64,000 nt of DNA from Candidatus Latescibacterota bacterium (GCA_965237525.1 CBDEFO010000008.1:1152001-1216000), one strand, 5' to 3'; positions 41,561 to 51,718 are shown, counted from the first letter of the stretch. Program-made: numbers and translations. The notes: generated by a model not told the origin, from the sequence alone.

Positions 41561-42789
41561 TGATGAGACGCGGACAGTTGCGTGACTATTTCGCTGGCGT
41601 GGGTGGGAAGCGCCTGTCGGCGGTGGATGCCGAACCCAAGAGATCCAACCAACACGAGGTGGGTACGACGCAGGAAATGCGACAGCACTTCCTTGGCGAG
41701 ACTGAGCGGACAATCCCGGCGATCTATGTTTGGCTGGGCAGGGAGCAGGACGGTTTTACAACCGAAGGCAGTGTGACTCACTACGACGCCCGGAAGTCCC
41801 AACCCCACCGGACAGCCGAATGGCGTCTCTATTACCCTTCCAATCCCGTCACGGAAGCTATGAGCGAGGGGGACATGCTGTTTCTGGCGATGAAAGAGGA
41901 CCGGCAACTTCTGTACTTCATCGTCGCGCCGGAAAGTTCGACCAGCGTACAGCAGCTGTCTTGGCTGTTCGGCTTAGACCCGCCGGAAGGGGCCTTCGTG
42001 TCGCGGGAGTTTGCCGAGGACGGACCGGAACTGGATTTTGCAGCCCGGTTTATTCTCGATGAGATCGGAATCGAGTTCGAGGAACCGGATGCGGACAGGC
42101 TGGACAGCATCATTGACAAGTTTGGTGGGGACTTTCCCAAAACGGCCGAGTTCTCGGATCTCGCCCGCCTGACCTTGCCGGAAGTAAGGGCCGAGGACGA
42201 CCCCGATACGGCCCTGGTGGAGTGGCTGAGCCATGAGAAGGCGATGTTTCGCCGACTTGAACGGCGAATTGTTGCGAAACGTCTTGAAGAAGGATTTGTC
42301 GACAAGAGCGGGGCACCCGATGTAGACGGCTTTGTAAGGTTCTCGCTCAGTGTACAGAACAGAAGAAAGTCACGTATGGGCCAGTCTCTGGAACACCACT
42401 TGGAGGCGATATTTCGAGCCCATGATCTCACGTATGTTCGTGGTGCTGTGACCGAGGACAACCACAGGCCGGATTTTCTGTTTCCCAGCGAGGAAGTCTA
42501 TCGGTCGGCTCCTGCAACCGGTTATGGATGCCTGAGCATGCTGGGGGCCAAATCGTCCTGTAAGGATCGGTGGAGGCAGGTTCTGGCTGAAGCGGAGAAG
42601 ATATCGAGGAAACATCTGCTGACGCTGGAGACCGGAATCTCTGAGTCGCAGACAACGCAGATGGAGAATTCAGCCCTGCAACTCGTTGTGCCGGAGAAGC
42701 TTCAGGATAGGTATACAGAAAAGCAACGGCTTTGGCTGTGGAATCTTAAGGAGTTTATCCGAGACGTTGAGACTCGTAGGTGCAAATGA
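41560..42789 (+). CDS. Type II restriction endonuclease, EcoRII C-terminal family
   Basis: SNQHE, SVQNRRKSR.G.SLE.H, RPDFLFP and KSSCKDRWRQVL.EA motifs. Confidence 0.9.
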   Translation: MMRRGQLRDYFAGVGGKRLSAVDAEPKRSNQHEVGTTQEMRQHFLGETERTIPAIYVWLGREQDGFTTEGSVTHYDARKSQPHRTAEWRLYYPSNPVTEAMSEGDMLFLAMKEDRQLLYFIVAPESSTSVQQLSWLFGLDPPEGAFVSREFAEDGPELDFAARFILDEIGIEFEEPDADRLDSIIDKFGGDFPKTAEFSDLARLTLPEVRAEDDPDTALVEWLSHEKAMFRRLERRIVAKRLEEGFVDKSGAPDVDGFVRFSLSVQNRRKSRMGQSLEHHLEAIFRAHDLTYVRGAVTEDNHRPDFLFPSEEVYRSAPATGYGCLSMLGAKSSCKDRWRQVLAEAEKISRKHLLTLETGISESQTTQMENSALQLVVPEKLQDRYTEKQRLWLWNLKEFIRDVETRRCK

Positions 42790-42841
42790 GGTCGAAGCGC
42801 ATGGGCGAGAGGTGCAACAAGATGGAAAAAGGAGAACAGTG

Positions 42842-43066
42842 ATGAGTAAGAAAAAGAAGGCGAAGCCCAAGAGTTTACAGAAATATGAGATGAAGGTGGT
42901 CAAGAAGGAGACTATTAAGGTTGTGAAGTCTTCATACATCCCGTCGAAGGCAGAATTGGAGATGAAGATAAGTGTTCCGGAAGGCTTGGAGGGTGCGTCT
43001 TTTGATGATGTTGTCAGTGCTGCGATAAGGCCAGTGAATGTTGTGCGTACGGACAAGCCTAAGTAA
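42842..43066 (+). CDS. Small basic protein conserved at the right end of the IS1595 element
   Basis: AGGAG RBS; SYIPSKAELEM..GASFDDVV shared with 51947-52141. Confidence 0.7.
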   Translation: MSKKKKAKPKSLQKYEMKVVKKETIKVVKSSYIPSKAELEMKISVPEGLEGASFDDVVSAAIRPVNVVRTDKPK

Positions 43067-43127
43067 TTCTTTCCCCACAGGAGTTAGCCATGTCTTTTCT
43101 CTCTGGCTAACATTGTATATAATTCCC

Positions 43128-43890
43128 AAAAATTGCCCTCGCTGCAGAGGAAGAAAATTTTGGGTACTTAAGACTGGTTAGTTGCGTTGTCGTAAGTGTA
43201 AATTGACCAGGAAATAGGCCACTACCCTTTGGGAGAAGAGTCTAGTTACTCCCTACTGGAAGGGGAGGTTAGTTGAGTATTTCTGTCTTGGTGTTCCTGT
43301 TTACCGGTTGCGATATCAGGTTCCATACACAAGGAAGACTATGGAGTGCTGGTACCGGATCATCAGAAAGGCAATCTACCACCACACTTTCGAGGAGTTT
43401 GAGCCCCTTGAAGGTGAACTTGAGATGGATGAAACTCTCTTCGGTGGTAGGAGAACTGGTAAAAGAGGTTGGGGTGCCGAAGGCAGACAGATGGTCTTTG
43501 GCATCTATCAGAGAAAGGGTAAGGTGTTGACCTTTGCTGTCCCCTCAAGGAGTCGTGACTCACTACTGCCTCTTATTACCCAACACACCAGACCAGGGAG
43601 CTTGTATTACACCGATAATTGGATAGCCTATGCCTCGCTTTCTATCAGCGGCAACCACGTGGTAGTGCCAGAACACAAAAGTATAGCTAAAGGAAGAGAT
43701 CACCTCAATGGGGTGGGAGGCTTCTGGTCGTATGCCAAACACTGACTCTATCAATATCGAGGCGTTGACAGAAGCTTCTTCCACCGTTACCTTAAAGAGG
43801 TAAAGTGGTGTTTCAACCACCGCCACGAAAATCTACTTCCTCTTATAAGAAAGCTACTCCATCAACAGGCTCTAAGTGACATGAGTTAGT
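43128..43890 (+). pseudogene. Second, unrelated IS1595-family transposase remnant with in-frame stops
   Basis: CPRC..RCRKC, EMDETLFGG, KRGWGA, YYTD, NG.GGFWSYAKH; two TAG and one TGA in frame. Confidence 0.85.
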
Positions 43891-43911
43891 GCAACTTTAG
43901 TCATGCATTAC

Positions 43912-44113
43912 CATCAGGAAAACGTATCCCGTATCAAAAAGCGTAGCGATCTGCTGATATCCACGCTTGGTGGCTACGTCACAGCAATGGGCGGAAAAAT
44001 TGAGCTTGGTGGCGGAATTCCCCGACCGTCCACCCATCGCGCTGGCCGGTATTGCGGCTCTCGACAAGGATGACCGACCCTGCGGAAAGGGCATAGAACT
44101 CCTGCACATGTGA
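43912..44113 (+). pseudogene. C-terminal half of an XRE/HTH antitoxin (frameshifted)
   Basis: QENVSRIKKRSDLLISTL..YV.AMGG then LVAEFPDRPP. Confidence 0.65.
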
Positions 44114-44196
44114 CGAGGATGCGAAGTGTGTCATATATAGAAGAGCCACGACCGCTTGAACTTGGGGGATTGCCACTGATGGCTACCAACGGCATC

Positions 44197-44444
44197 AAAG
44201 TGAAGATGGCCCCTTCTCATCCGGGTGACTACATCCGCACGGAGGTCATCGAGGAGATGGTTTCAGGTGTCCGTTATTTTTGCAAGTCGAGAAGATCATC
44301 AAACAGGGAGGTTTATGTGCAAAGTGAAGATGGCCCCTTCTCATCCGGGTGACTACATCCGCACGGAGGTCATCGAGGAGATGGTTTCAGGTGTCCGTTA
44401 TTTTTGCAAGTCGAGAAGATCATCAAACAGGGAGGTTTATATGC
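44197..44444 (+). repeat. 124-bp tandem duplication (higA 5' fragment plus the TonB receptor RBS region)
   Basis: 44197-44320 and 44321-44444 are nearly identical. Confidence 0.9.
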
Positions 44445-47146
44445 GAAGAAGAATATATCCAGAGATGGCATCATCGCTAGCTGGTCTGATGCGTCCCTTT
44501 TGGACGTCTGCCCTGGGTCTCGCCCTCATTGGCTCGCTTCTCGCCGGGGCGGTGGTGTGGTCCGAGGAGACGGTGGAAGAGACCGCCTCCGAGGAAGAGG
44601 GTATCCGCAAAGGAGGGTCCTACAGCGACACTGTCTACGTACTCGAAGAAGTGGTGGTCGTAGGGTCTCGGCATGCGCCGCGCTCGGTGAAGGAATCGGC
44701 CGCGCCCGTGGATGTGCTGAATGCGGAAGAGCTGCGCACCCAAGCCGCTCTCGATATGGACGATATCCTGCGCACCTTGGTGCCATCGTACAACATCCAG
44801 CGGCACGGCATTGACGACGAGGCGACCCTGGTGCGCCCCGCCACCCTCAGGGGCCTGCCCCCGGACAACCTCCTGGTGCTGGTCAACGGCAAGCGCCGTC
44901 ATCGCTCCGGCGTGATCGCACTGCTGGGCAGCTCGCTCAATGCCGGCTCGCAAGGACCGGATTTGAGCGTGATTCCGACCATCGCCATCGAGCAGATGGA
45001 GATTCTCCGGGGCGGCGCCGCCGCCCAGTACGGCTCCGACGCCATCGCCGGGGTCCTGAACATGAGATTGCGCGAAGCCTCCGAAGGCGTGCTTGTGGAA
45101 ATGCGCGGTGGCCAGTACTCCGAGGGGGACGGCCGCTTGGCCCAGGCCGCCGCCAACGTCGGGCTGCCGCTCACCCGGGACGGGTTCTTCAATCTCAGCC
45201 TCGAGTACCGCCAGCTCGACCCGACCATACGCAGCGGCACCCGCGCCAATGCCGCGACCCTGAGCGACCGAGGCTATCCCGTCGAGCACCCGGCGCAGAT
45301 CTGGGGCAGCCCCGATGTCGACGGTGCCTGGAACACCTTCTTCAACGCCGGGGTCGATCTCGACATCGGGGCCGAAGCCTACGGCTTTGGTGGTTGGGCC
45401 AAGCGCCAGACCGAAGGGGGATTCTTCTTCCGCGCCCCGGGCACCTCCTCGGCGCGCAGCGGCGTCTTTCGCATCGGCGATGAGCGGGCGGTAGCCGATC
45501 TCGACCTCGGCGACGACGTCGACCCCTCGAACCTGGACGTTCCCTCCTTGGACGCCAGCTTCGAGGAGGTCCAGGCTTTCGTCGAACGCTACAAGGGCGA
45601 CCTCTTCCTGTTCAACGAGCGCTTCCCCGGTGGTTTCACGCCGCGCTTCGGCGCCGACATCCGCGATTTGAGCCTGGTGGCCGGGCTGCGCGGCGAACGC
45701 GGCAGCGGCCTCAAGTGGGACGCTAGCGTCAGCGCCGCCCGCAGCAACATCGAGTTCTTCATCTTCAACACCATCAACGCCTCGCTGGGGCCGGATACGC
45801 CGACCTCGTTCCGCCCGCGCGACTACATCCAGACCGAAGTAGCGGCCAACCTCGACTTCTCCCACGCTGTGGAGGTGGGGCCCCTGGCGTCCCCCCTCGA
45901 CGTCGCCTGGGGAGCCGAGTGGCGCCAAGAGACCTTCGAGTCCGTGGCCGGCGACGAGGCCTCCTATGTGCTCGGCCCGTACGCCGAGCAGGGCTTCAGC
46001 AGCGGTTCCAACGGCTACCAGGGGCTGGACCCGAGAAACGCCGGCGCGTGGAGCCGCCCCAACTACGCCTTCTACCTGGACGTGCAGGCGAACGTGGTGC
46101 CGGCGTTGCAGCTGGGCACGGCCCTGCGCTACGAGGACTTCTACGACGACTTCGGCAACACCCTCAACGGCAAGCTCTCGGCCCTGTGGCGGGCCAGCGA
46201 CCGGGTCATCCTACGCTCGACGGCCAGCACCGGCTTCCGCGCCCCGTCGCCCGGCCAGGCCAACTTCACCGCCGTGACCACCGGCTTCTCCGGCATCGGC
46301 GGTCTGACCGAACAGGGGCAGGTACCGCCCACCCATCCCATCGCCGCGGCCCTGGGCGGTGTGGCACTGACCGAGGAGAAGTCCGTGGGTTTTTCGGTCG
46401 GCACCGCCGTGGAGCTCACCGACGAACTCGATCTGACCCTCGACTACTTCGACATCTCCATCGAGGACCGCATCTCCCTGACGGGGAACATCAAGATCAC
46501 CGAGGAGATCGCCAGTCTCATCCGGGAGACGGAGGCCCTGGAGGGAGTCAGCGTTCTCCAGGAAATCAAGTTCTTCTCCAATGACTTCGATACCGGCACC
46601 CGCGGCATCGACCTGGTGTTGTCGTGGACACGGGTGTGGGACAGCCAGTCCTTGTCAAACGTCGATCTCGCCTACAACTGGACCCAGTCCAACCTCGACG
46701 ACTTCTCCCAGGTGCGACAGGTCACCGAGTTCCTCGGCACGCCCCTGGCCGAACCGATCGACGTCAGCCTGCTGACGCCCCGGCGCCAGGTGGAGCTGGA
46801 GCAGATGAACCCCGAGCACCGCCTGGTGCTCACCGGCCGCCACCAGCAGGGCCCCTGGGACGCCACGGTGCGGCCCAGCTACTTCAGCGCCTGGAAGGCC
46901 TGCCGCTTCCAGGCCAGCGATTGCGGCGATCTCGACTCCTTTGACGGGGGCGTCATCGTCGACGCCGAGGTGGGCTATGCCTTAGGCGAGCGCTACCGGA
47001 TCGGCCTGGGGGCGCAGAACATCCTCGACTCGGTGCCCGATGCCGACCCCGACGAGACCGCGGGCCAGGGCAATCTGCGCCCGGCGAGCACCCCCTGGGA
47101 CTACAACGGCGCCTTCTGGTACACGCGCTTGTTTATGCAATTTTAA
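44441..47146 (+). CDS. TonB-dependent receptor (high GC)
   Basis: EEVVVVGSR TonB box; plug LRGL..LVLVNGKRRH; EILRGGAAAQYGSDAIAGV; terminal F; GGAGG RBS. Confidence 0.92.
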   Translation: MRRRIYPEMASSLAGLMRPFWTSALGLALIGSLLAGAVVWSEETVEETASEEEGIRKGGSYSDTVYVLEEVVVVGSRHAPRSVKESAAPVDVLNAEELRTQAALDMDDILRTLVPSYNIQRHGIDDEATLVRPATLRGLPPDNLLVLVNGKRRHRSGVIALLGSSLNAGSQGPDLSVIPTIAIEQMEILRGGAAAQYGSDAIAGVLNMRLREASEGVLVEMRGGQYSEGDGRLAQAAANVGLPLTRDGFFNLSLEYRQLDPTIRSGTRANAATLSDRGYPVEHPAQIWGSPDVDGAWNTFFNAGVDLDIGAEAYGFGGWAKRQTEGGFFFRAPGTSSARSGVFRIGDERAVADLDLGDDVDPSNLDVPSLDASFEEVQAFVERYKGDLFLFNERFPGGFTPRFGADIRDLSLVAGLRGERGSGLKWDASVSAARSNIEFFIFNTINASLGPDTPTSFRPRDYIQTEVAANLDFSHAVEVGPLASPLDVAWGAEWRQETFESVAGDEASYVLGPYAEQGFSSGSNGYQGLDPRNAGAWSRPNYAFYLDVQANVVPALQLGTALRYEDFYDDFGNTLNGKLSALWRASDRVILRSTASTGFRAPSPGQANFTAVTTGFSGIGGLTEQGQVPPTHPIAAALGGVALTEEKSVGFSVGTAVELTDELDLTLDYFDISIEDRISLTGNIKITEEIASLIRETEALEGVSVLQEIKFFSNDFDTGTRGIDLVLSWTRVWDSQSLSNVDLAYNWTQSNLDDFSQVRQVTEFLGTPLAEPIDVSLLTPRRQVELEQMNPEHRLVLTGRHQQGPWDATVRPSYFSAWKACRFQASDCGDLDSFDGGVIVDAEVGYALGERYRIGLGAQNILDSVPDADPDETAGQGNLRPASTPWDYNGAFWYTRLFMQF

Positions 47147-47289
47147 TTCTCATCTCAAGCCCGCCGCCTCTGGCGGTGGACCGGGGGAGGTTCTACCGGC
47201 CAGGGGAGAAACGCAATAGGCTCTTTTCTTAAACCTCGGTTCTTGCCCAACTTGATCACAAGGGGTGTGCAAGATCATGACGCTGGGGA

Positions 47290-47454
47290 GTTGAAGAGGT
47301 CTTATTTCTGATGCACCTCGTGGCTGGCGCCTCCATCGCCTCACAGGCGACAGGAAGGATGAATGGAGCGTTTCGGTTTCCAGAAACTGGCGGATCAGGT
47401 TTGAAGAAGAGGACAGCTACATCGACCGCGCTGAACTTGGAGGATTACCACTGA
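47290..47454 (+). pseudogene. higB: HigB/RelE toxin remnant (5' part missing, frameshifted)
   Basis: WRLHRLTGDRKDEWSVSVSRNWRIRF..LEDYH, stop overlaps the higA start. Confidence 0.75.
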
Positions 47455-47759
47455 TGGCTACCAACGGCATCAAAGTGAAGATGGCCCCTTCCCATCCGGG
47501 CGACTTCATCCGCACGGAGGTCATCGAGGAACTGGGCCTGAACGTGACTCGGGCGGCCGAGATTCTGGGGGTTCGCCGGGCAACGCTTTCGGCCCTGCTC
47601 AACAGCAACGCCTCGCTGTCGCCGGAAATGGCGCTGCGCATCGAGAAGGCATTCGACGTGAGTATGGACATGCTGCTGCGGATGCAGGCTTGGTACAAGG
47701 CCTCGCAGATGCACGCCCGAGCAAGCGAGGTCAGCGTCCAACACTACGAGCCCGCCTGA
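47454..47759 (+). CDS. higA: HigA family antitoxin
   Basis: HPG..I..E; AAEILGVRRATLS; LSPEMALRIEKAF; LRMQ..Y. Confidence 0.92.
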   Translation: MATNGIKVKMAPSHPGDFIRTEVIEELGLNVTRAAEILGVRRATLSALLNSNASLSPEMALRIEKAFDVSMDMLLRMQAWYKASQMHARASEVSVQHYEPA

Positions 47760-47965
47760 TCGACACCGCTTCCCGACAATGGCGTTGACTCCTCTCTGAG
47801 GAACGAATGACCATCGATTCTTTATAGAGATGTTTTTTGGAGTCTGGTGCTATTTCCGGGGGTCGCGTACCGAGGCCGTACCCATCCTTTACCGTAATTT
47901 CGGGACCCATCGCGTCGTTGGAACGTCCGGGCATAAACGTCCTCGTAGGAGCCTGATTTGTATCC

Positions 47966-48679
47966 ATGCCTATGAAGACGGCTCTCCTCAAAACGCTACT
48001 GAAACAGTGGCGGTATATCGGGCTGCTCGCCGGAATCGCGCTGGGCCTGCTATTAGTGGGATTTCTTAATTTCCCCGGGAGGAACAGCGTGGTTGCGAAG
48101 GGCCCGCTGAATACGGGACACGAGGGGCTTGGCTGTCAGGAATGCCACGCGCCGGTGAGAGGCACCGTCGCGCAGGAAGTGAGTTCCAACGTTTACCCCT
48201 GGCTCGGTCTCCGTAAATCCACCATTGGCTTCGGATCGGAAGACGTCGACAGCAAGGACTGCCTGGCGTGCCATGAGCGCCCCGACGACCGGCATCCGAT
48301 CTCCCGCTTTCTCGAGCCGCGGTTTGCCGAAGTGCGTGGGCATATCAAGGTCTACGAGTGCATGGCTTGTCACACGGAGCACCAGGGCAAACGGGTCACG
48401 CTGCCGACGATCGGCTTTTGCACGCACTGCCACCAGGGTACCGAGCTCAAGAACGATCCGATCTCGCCCACGCATGTGGAACTCGTGCGTAGTGAGTCCT
48501 GGGACACCTGCCTCCAATGGCACGACTTCCACGGAAACCACAAGATCACTACCCCTCAACGCATCGAGGAAGGTGTGTCCGAGGAGCGGGTCTGGAGCTA
48601 CTTTAACGGCGCTCCGTCACCGTACTCCCTGCAAAAGATCGTTGAGCCGTCCAAGACGAAGGGAGGCCGGACACAATGA
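47966..48679 (+). CDS. Multiheme c-type cytochrome (4 CxxCH plus one degenerate CLQWH)
   Basis: CQECH, CLACH, CMACH, CTHCH; N-terminal TM. Confidence 0.8.
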   Translation: MPMKTALLKTLLKQWRYIGLLAGIALGLLLVGFLNFPGRNSVVAKGPLNTGHEGLGCQECHAPVRGTVAQEVSSNVYPWLGLRKSTIGFGSEDVDSKDCLACHERPDDRHPISRFLEPRFAEVRGHIKVYECMACHTEHQGKRVTLPTIGFCTHCHQGTELKNDPISPTHVELVRSESWDTCLQWHDFHGNHKITTPQRIEEGVSEERVWSYFNGAPSPYSLQKIVEPSKTKGGRTQ

Positions 48680-49120
48680 AGACTGTCGTAGTTGCCACCG
48701 CTCTCGTCGTGATCATTGTCACCGTTATCATTGTGAACGCCCCACCCCCGGACAGCGACACATCCGCTGGCGGGTCACTCATTCCCATCCCGAGTGTCTT
48801 TGCGATTCTCGAAGCGGAGAACGATGCGGTGCGCGAGCTGTGGACGAAGCAGATTGTGGGAGCGGGTCAAGAGATATGGCTGAAGTTCGATAAGGATTGG
48901 CGGGAACAAGACGTCGAAGCCGGTCCTCTGCCCGCCTTGTTTTTCCGAGAGCCTGCGGCGAAACCCGGTGCCTCTCTATCTCTTCTTGGGCTCCGCCTTT
49001 CCGATCAACGACGCTAACAAGTTCACGGGTCTACAGACCACATACTTTAACGAGATCAAAAGGGAATTATATACAATGCTATCCAACGCCGCTTGACAAG
49101 CGATCCCCTGGAGATCGGAA

Positions 49121-50062
49121 ATGAACCGGAAAAAGAGAACATACAAGCCAATTAAGGATATGAGCATGTTTAAGTTTGGGAAGCGGTTTCGGAACGAAGC
49201 TGTTGCCGTGTCTTATGTTGAGGATTTTCGGTGGAAGGACGGGACCTACTGTCCGCATTGCGGGGTTGTTGATAACGTTCAGAAGACAAAGAACGGCAAG
49301 CCGCAACCGTATAGGTGCCGGGAGTGCCGCAAGCATTTCAGTGTCCGTACGGGGACGATCATGGCCCAGTCCAATTTGCCTTTGACAACCTTTCTGAATG
49401 CTATTTATCTTATTGTGACACATCGCAAGGGTGTTTCAAGCACTATGCTTGCCCGTGAGCTGGGCGTCACACAGAAGACGGTATGGCACCTTGCACATCG
49501 CGTTCGCAAGGGGTTAGAGATGCCGGGGGGTTTGTTCTCTGGCCCGGTAGAAATTGACGAGACGTATATGGGCGGCAAGGAAAAAAACAAGCATGCCAAA
49601 ACGAGGTTGCATGCTGGCCGCGGCACTGTTGGCAAAATGGCGGTGGTAGGTGCTCTTACCCGTAGGGGTGGACAGGTGCAGGCCAAGCCAGTAGCAGGGA
49701 CGGATAAGGACAATTTACAAGGTTTCGTAAAAGATACTGTGAGGGGTGGAGAAAAGGTCTTTACGGACGACCATATTTCTTATAAGGGGCTGTCTGGCTT
49801 CAGTCATGACACAGTGAGACATAACGTTGGCGAGTATGTGAGGAATCAGATACACACCAATGGAATAGAATCCTTTTGGGCGTTGTTGAAACGTGGGTAT
49901 TATGGGGTTTATCATTGGATGTCTGAGGCTCATTTGCACAGGTATATCCATGAGTTTTCGGGCCGGTGGAATATGGCGCGGTGGGAGACTATGGATAAGG
50001 TGGCTCATGTTGTTTCGGGTGGGATAGGCGTATCGTTGCCCTATAAGGAACTGGTGAGGTAG
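49121..50062 (+). CDS. IS1595-family DDE transposase (intact)
   Basis: Zinc ribbon; VEIDETYMGG, FTDD, HTNGIESFWALLKRG and YIHEF motifs. Confidence 0.95.
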   Translation: MNRKKRTYKPIKDMSMFKFGKRFRNEAVAVSYVEDFRWKDGTYCPHCGVVDNVQKTKNGKPQPYRCRECRKHFSVRTGTIMAQSNLPLTTFLNAIYLIVTHRKGVSSTMLARELGVTQKTVWHLAHRVRKGLEMPGGLFSGPVEIDETYMGGKEKNKHAKTRLHAGRGTVGKMAVVGALTRRGGQVQAKPVAGTDKDNLQGFVKDTVRGGEKVFTDDHISYKGLSGFSHDTVRHNVGEYVRNQIHTNGIESFWALLKRGYYGVYHWMSEAHLHRYIHEFSGRWNMARWETMDKVAHVVSGGIGVSLPYKELVR

Positions 50063-50160
50063 ATCGTGAAAATGTGGAGTCTGCTGAAGCGAGGGTATTA
50101 TGGGACGTATCACAATTGGATTGATTTTTGCTAATACTATAATCGGTTTTTGAGGTGTTT

Positions 50161-51003
50161 ATGCCAGAAGCCCAGGGTGATATAGCGATGGCGACCCAAC
50201 GTATCATTCATGGAGACTGCCTGGATGTAATCACGTCCGGTCAGATTGAATCAGAATCAATCGATCTGATAGTCACCTCTCCACCATACGCCGACCAACG
50301 AAAGAACAATTACGGCGGTGTTCACCCCGACGAATATGTCTCATGGTTCCTTCCACGATCCGATGCCTTTAGGTCGGCGCTGTCTCCATCCGGGTCCTTT
50401 GTTCTGAACATCAAAGAGAGGGTGGTGGACGGGGAGCGCCACCCGTATGTCCTGGAATTGATCCTGGCGATGAGGCGACAGGGATGGAGATGGGTGGACG
50501 AGTACTGCTGGCACAAGAAGAACTGCTATCCAGGGAAATGGCCGAACCGGTTCAGGGACGCGTGGGAGCGCCTGTTACACTTCACCCGTTCTAGTAAGTT
50601 CAAAATGCGGCAAGAAGCCGTAATGGTCCCGATGGGACAATGGAAACAGACTCGACTCCGCAATCTCTCGGACACCGACCGCATAAGAGACCGATCTCGA
50701 AATGACAATGGGTTCGGGAAGCGAGTGGAGAACTGGGTGGGCCGAGACGCCGCCTACCCCTCGAACGTGCTTCATATGGCGACGGAATGCAGCTTCAAGG
50801 AACATCCAGCAGCCTTTCCGGTGACCTTGCCAATATGGTTTATACAATTGTTCACAGACGCTGGAGACACGGTGCTTGATCCATTCGCTGGATCTGGAAG
50901 CACGCTGGTGGCAGCCCGTGAGCTAGGGCGAATCGGGATCGGAATTGACATCTCGCCAGAATACTGCAAGCTCATGGAGGAAAAGGCTAATGTCATCAGA
51001 TGA
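50161..51003 (+). CDS. Beta-class DNA amino-methyltransferase (probably N4-cytosine)
   Basis: TSPPY motif IV precedes HPAAFP and DPFAGSG motif I. Confidence 0.92.
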   Translation: MPEAQGDIAMATQRIIHGDCLDVITSGQIESESIDLIVTSPPYADQRKNNYGGVHPDEYVSWFLPRSDAFRSALSPSGSFVLNIKERVVDGERHPYVLELILAMRRQGWRWVDEYCWHKKNCYPGKWPNRFRDAWERLLHFTRSSKFKMRQEAVMVPMGQWKQTRLRNLSDTDRIRDRSRNDNGFGKRVENWVGRDAAYPSNVLHMATECSFKEHPAAFPVTLPIWFIQLFTDAGDTVLDPFAGSGSTLVAARELGRIGIGIDISPEYCKLMEEKANVIR

Positions 51004-51718
51004 GCCTAATTGGTGGAGAGATGCGAGAAAGGATATAGACGATGCAATGCATGCCTTCACCAAAGAGTTCGAGGAGAAACTGCTTGCAAAAACAGAGTCG
51101 CAAATAGCCTTGATGGTCAAACGGAAGAACCCCTTCCTCTTTCGAATCCGGGCCGCAGAAGGTCTGGAGAAATTCGTTGATCTAGTGCTTGCTGCACACG
51201 TTTCATCCAGCGAGGAGACAGCGTTCGGCAACGCACTGGAGAAGATAGTCATCGCTATATGCTCTCGCACTAAGGACGGGAGGAAGTCCAGTACTGCTAA
51301 GGTTGATCTTGAATACGACGTTGGAGCGAAGCGGACAATGATAGCGATAAAATCGGGGCCACATTGGGCAAACTCAAGCCAGAAGGATGCACTCAAGAGC
51401 GCATTTAAGACAGCGAGTATAGTGGTTCAGCAAGGAGGGCTCACCCCGCGTTGTGTCGAAGGATGTTGCTATGGGAAAAGCAACACAAAGAACCTCGGAA
51501 CACATTTTAAAATCGTGGGACGAGACTTTTGGAAAGAAATCTCCAGTTTCGACGGAACAGATCGCCTCGTTATGGATGCAATTGGAGGCCACGCAGGAAA
51601 CGGTCTTGACTATGCCATGAATGAAGTAAGAAGTAGAATGGGAGACTACTTGGTAGACAATGGGATAGCAGACCACAAGCACATCCTTTGGGACAGGCTA
51701 TTGGATGTGGTCATGTAA
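50990..51718 (+). CDS. Type II restriction endonuclease, PmeII/EcoO109I-like
   Basis: KRKNPFLF, SSEETAFGNALE, VDLE and IKSGP.W.NSSQ motifs; overlaps the MTase stop. Confidence 0.8.
   Translation: MSSDEPNWWRDARKDIDDAMHAFTKEFEEKLLAKTESQIALMVKRKNPFLFRIRAAEGLEKFVDLVLAAHVSSSEETAFGNALEKIVIAICSRTKDGRKSSTAKVDLEYDVGAKRTMIAIKSGPHWANSSQKDALKSAFKTASIVVQQGGLTPRCVEGCCYGKSNTKNLGTHFKIVGRDFWKEISSFDGTDRLVMDAIGGHAGNGLDYAMNEVRSRMGDYLVDNGIADHKHILWDRLLDVVM

Larger units (their letters stand above)
38800..43127 (+). mobile_element. IS1595-family element with passenger genes, copy A (Dcm-Vsr-EcoRII-like cargo)
   Basis: TIRs GGGAATTATATACAATGCTAGCCA / TGGCTAACATTGTATATAATTCCC; no matching TSD. Confidence 0.9.

Noticed and set aside
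39800..42840. True integron with attC cassettes
   Set aside because: No tyrosine integrase and no attC-like GTTRRRY/RYYYAAC hairpins around the cargo.
44225..44440. N-terminal extension of the TonB receptor containing HigA-like sequence
   Set aside because: Produced by the 124-bp duplication; the RBS and signal peptide point to the ATG at 44441.
44477..45928. 483-aa minus-strand ORF
   Set aside because: Antisense shadow of the GC-rich TonB receptor, with no recognisable motifs.
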